Source: Klebsiella phage EI. Taken from it: a DNA stretch of 64,000 bases. A program made the position numbers and the translations under genes. The stretch lies in sequence record MN106245.1. One strand, given 5' to 3'. Below are positions 63,532 to 64,000 of this stretch, piece by piece (position 1 is the stretch's first letter; every line of letters starts with the position of its first letter). The notes beneath the pieces were generated by a model. The model saw only the letters and a program-made list of their open reading frames with translations, did not search any database and was not told the DNA's origin.

Positions 63532-63767
63532 TAGCAGTTCTGCATAGAGCTGGAATACCAGAAGCCTTGGTCGTGAGGCAGATAGTTATCATCACGAATC
63601 CATTTGTAGCTTTCCCACTCATCAGAGGTTACAGGGATATACTCTTCATTGCCAGCGCAGAAATGCTCGCCCGTTGCTTCTGCCATAGCTTCACCTTCAG
63701 AGATCAGTTTAGAAATGGCTTGTTCGACATCGCGGATTGTTCCAAGCTTAAATTCTGCTTTAATCAT
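63531..63767 (-). CDS. hypothetical acidic protein, 78 aa
   Basis: ORF track. Confidence 0.4.
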   Translation of the reverse strand: MIKAEFKLGTIRDVEQAISKLISEGEAMAEATGEHFCAGNEEYIPVTSDEWESYKWIRDDNYLPHDQGFWYSSSMQNC

Positions 63768-63777
63768 TTTATTTCCT

Positions 63778-63933
63778 TAACAAGAGCTAGGATGCCAAAT
63801 ACGACCATCTGCTTCTACATTAAATTCACGTCCAGCTTCTTCGCCATAACAAGAACTGTTCAGCCAATCTTCGAAACGAATAGAACCGTCGTAGGTGTCA
63901 AATTCAATACCGAAGTTCTGTTCACTAGCCATT
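63778..63933 (-). CDS. hypothetical small protein ~51 aa (MASEQNFGIEFDTYDGSIRFEDW...)
   Basis: below track cutoff; ATG 63933. Confidence 0.25.
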
Positions 63934-64000
63934 TTAGAAACTTTGTTAAACAGGATAGCCAGTTCTTTTGCAGCTGCTTCTAATTCGGTTACATTACTCA

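Noticed and set aside
63330-63983. 217-aa plus-strand ORF
   Set aside because: Antisense to several well-supported minus-strand genes; no promoter or SD; composition typical of shadow ORF in a minus-strand-coded phage region
1-64000. CRISPR arrays, integrase/attachment sites, tRNA genes
   Set aside because: No direct-repeat/spacer periodicity, no tyrosine/serine recombinase motifs, and no tRNA-like cloverleaf segments recognised by eye; T4 tRNA cluster would lie beyond nudE outside this window

Overview
This window reads as a contiguous stretch of a T4-like (T-even, Straboviridae) phage genome, with gene order and content matching the T4 early/middle region. Nearly every gene is on the minus strand, packed with ATGA/TAATG overlaps.

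Genes recognised from their translated sequences, with recalled T4 homologues: rIIA (partial), topoisomerase II large subunit gp39 (a fused 39+60 type), dexA, dda, a ModA-like ADP-ribosyltransferase, soc, dCTPase gp56, spackle, primase gp61, helicase gp41, gp40, UvsX, a TS-fold gp42-like protein, DNA polymerase gp43, RegA, gp62, gp44, gp45, RpbA, gp46, gp47, sigma gp55, endonuclease VII gp49, NrdC, Tk, RegB, DenV, internal proteins sharing the MKTYKEFI(T/A)EA capsid-targeting N-terminus, lysozyme e and NudE.

The most unusual part is the uvsX-42-43 interval. T4 carries beta-gt, imm and (elsewhere) alpha-gt. Here that interval holds a different module: a fused sugar-1-P nucleotidyltransferase/APH-like kinase, a HAD phosphatase, a P-loop kinase, a U32-family Fe-S hydroxylase-like protein, and a 299-aa unknown protein in the beta-gt slot. 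The alpha-gt slot between 47 and 55 holds a GIY-YIG endonuclease instead. This points to a non-glucosyl, possibly undescribed, hmC/DNA hypermodification pathway.

Other features: a family of at least 16 early-promoter/stem-loop cassettes resembling PeSL elements (-35 GTTTACA, extended -10 TAnTAT bracketed by a GTAGGAG...CTCCTAC inverted repeat), many rho-independent terminators, late promoters (TATAAATA) for soc and for a lone plus-strand small gene, and a translational-control hairpin at gene e. Other accessory genes include a macro domain, a Pol-beta nucleotidyltransferase, an LprI-like periplasmic protein and an SLT transglycosylase. No tRNA or CRISPR array was confidently seen.
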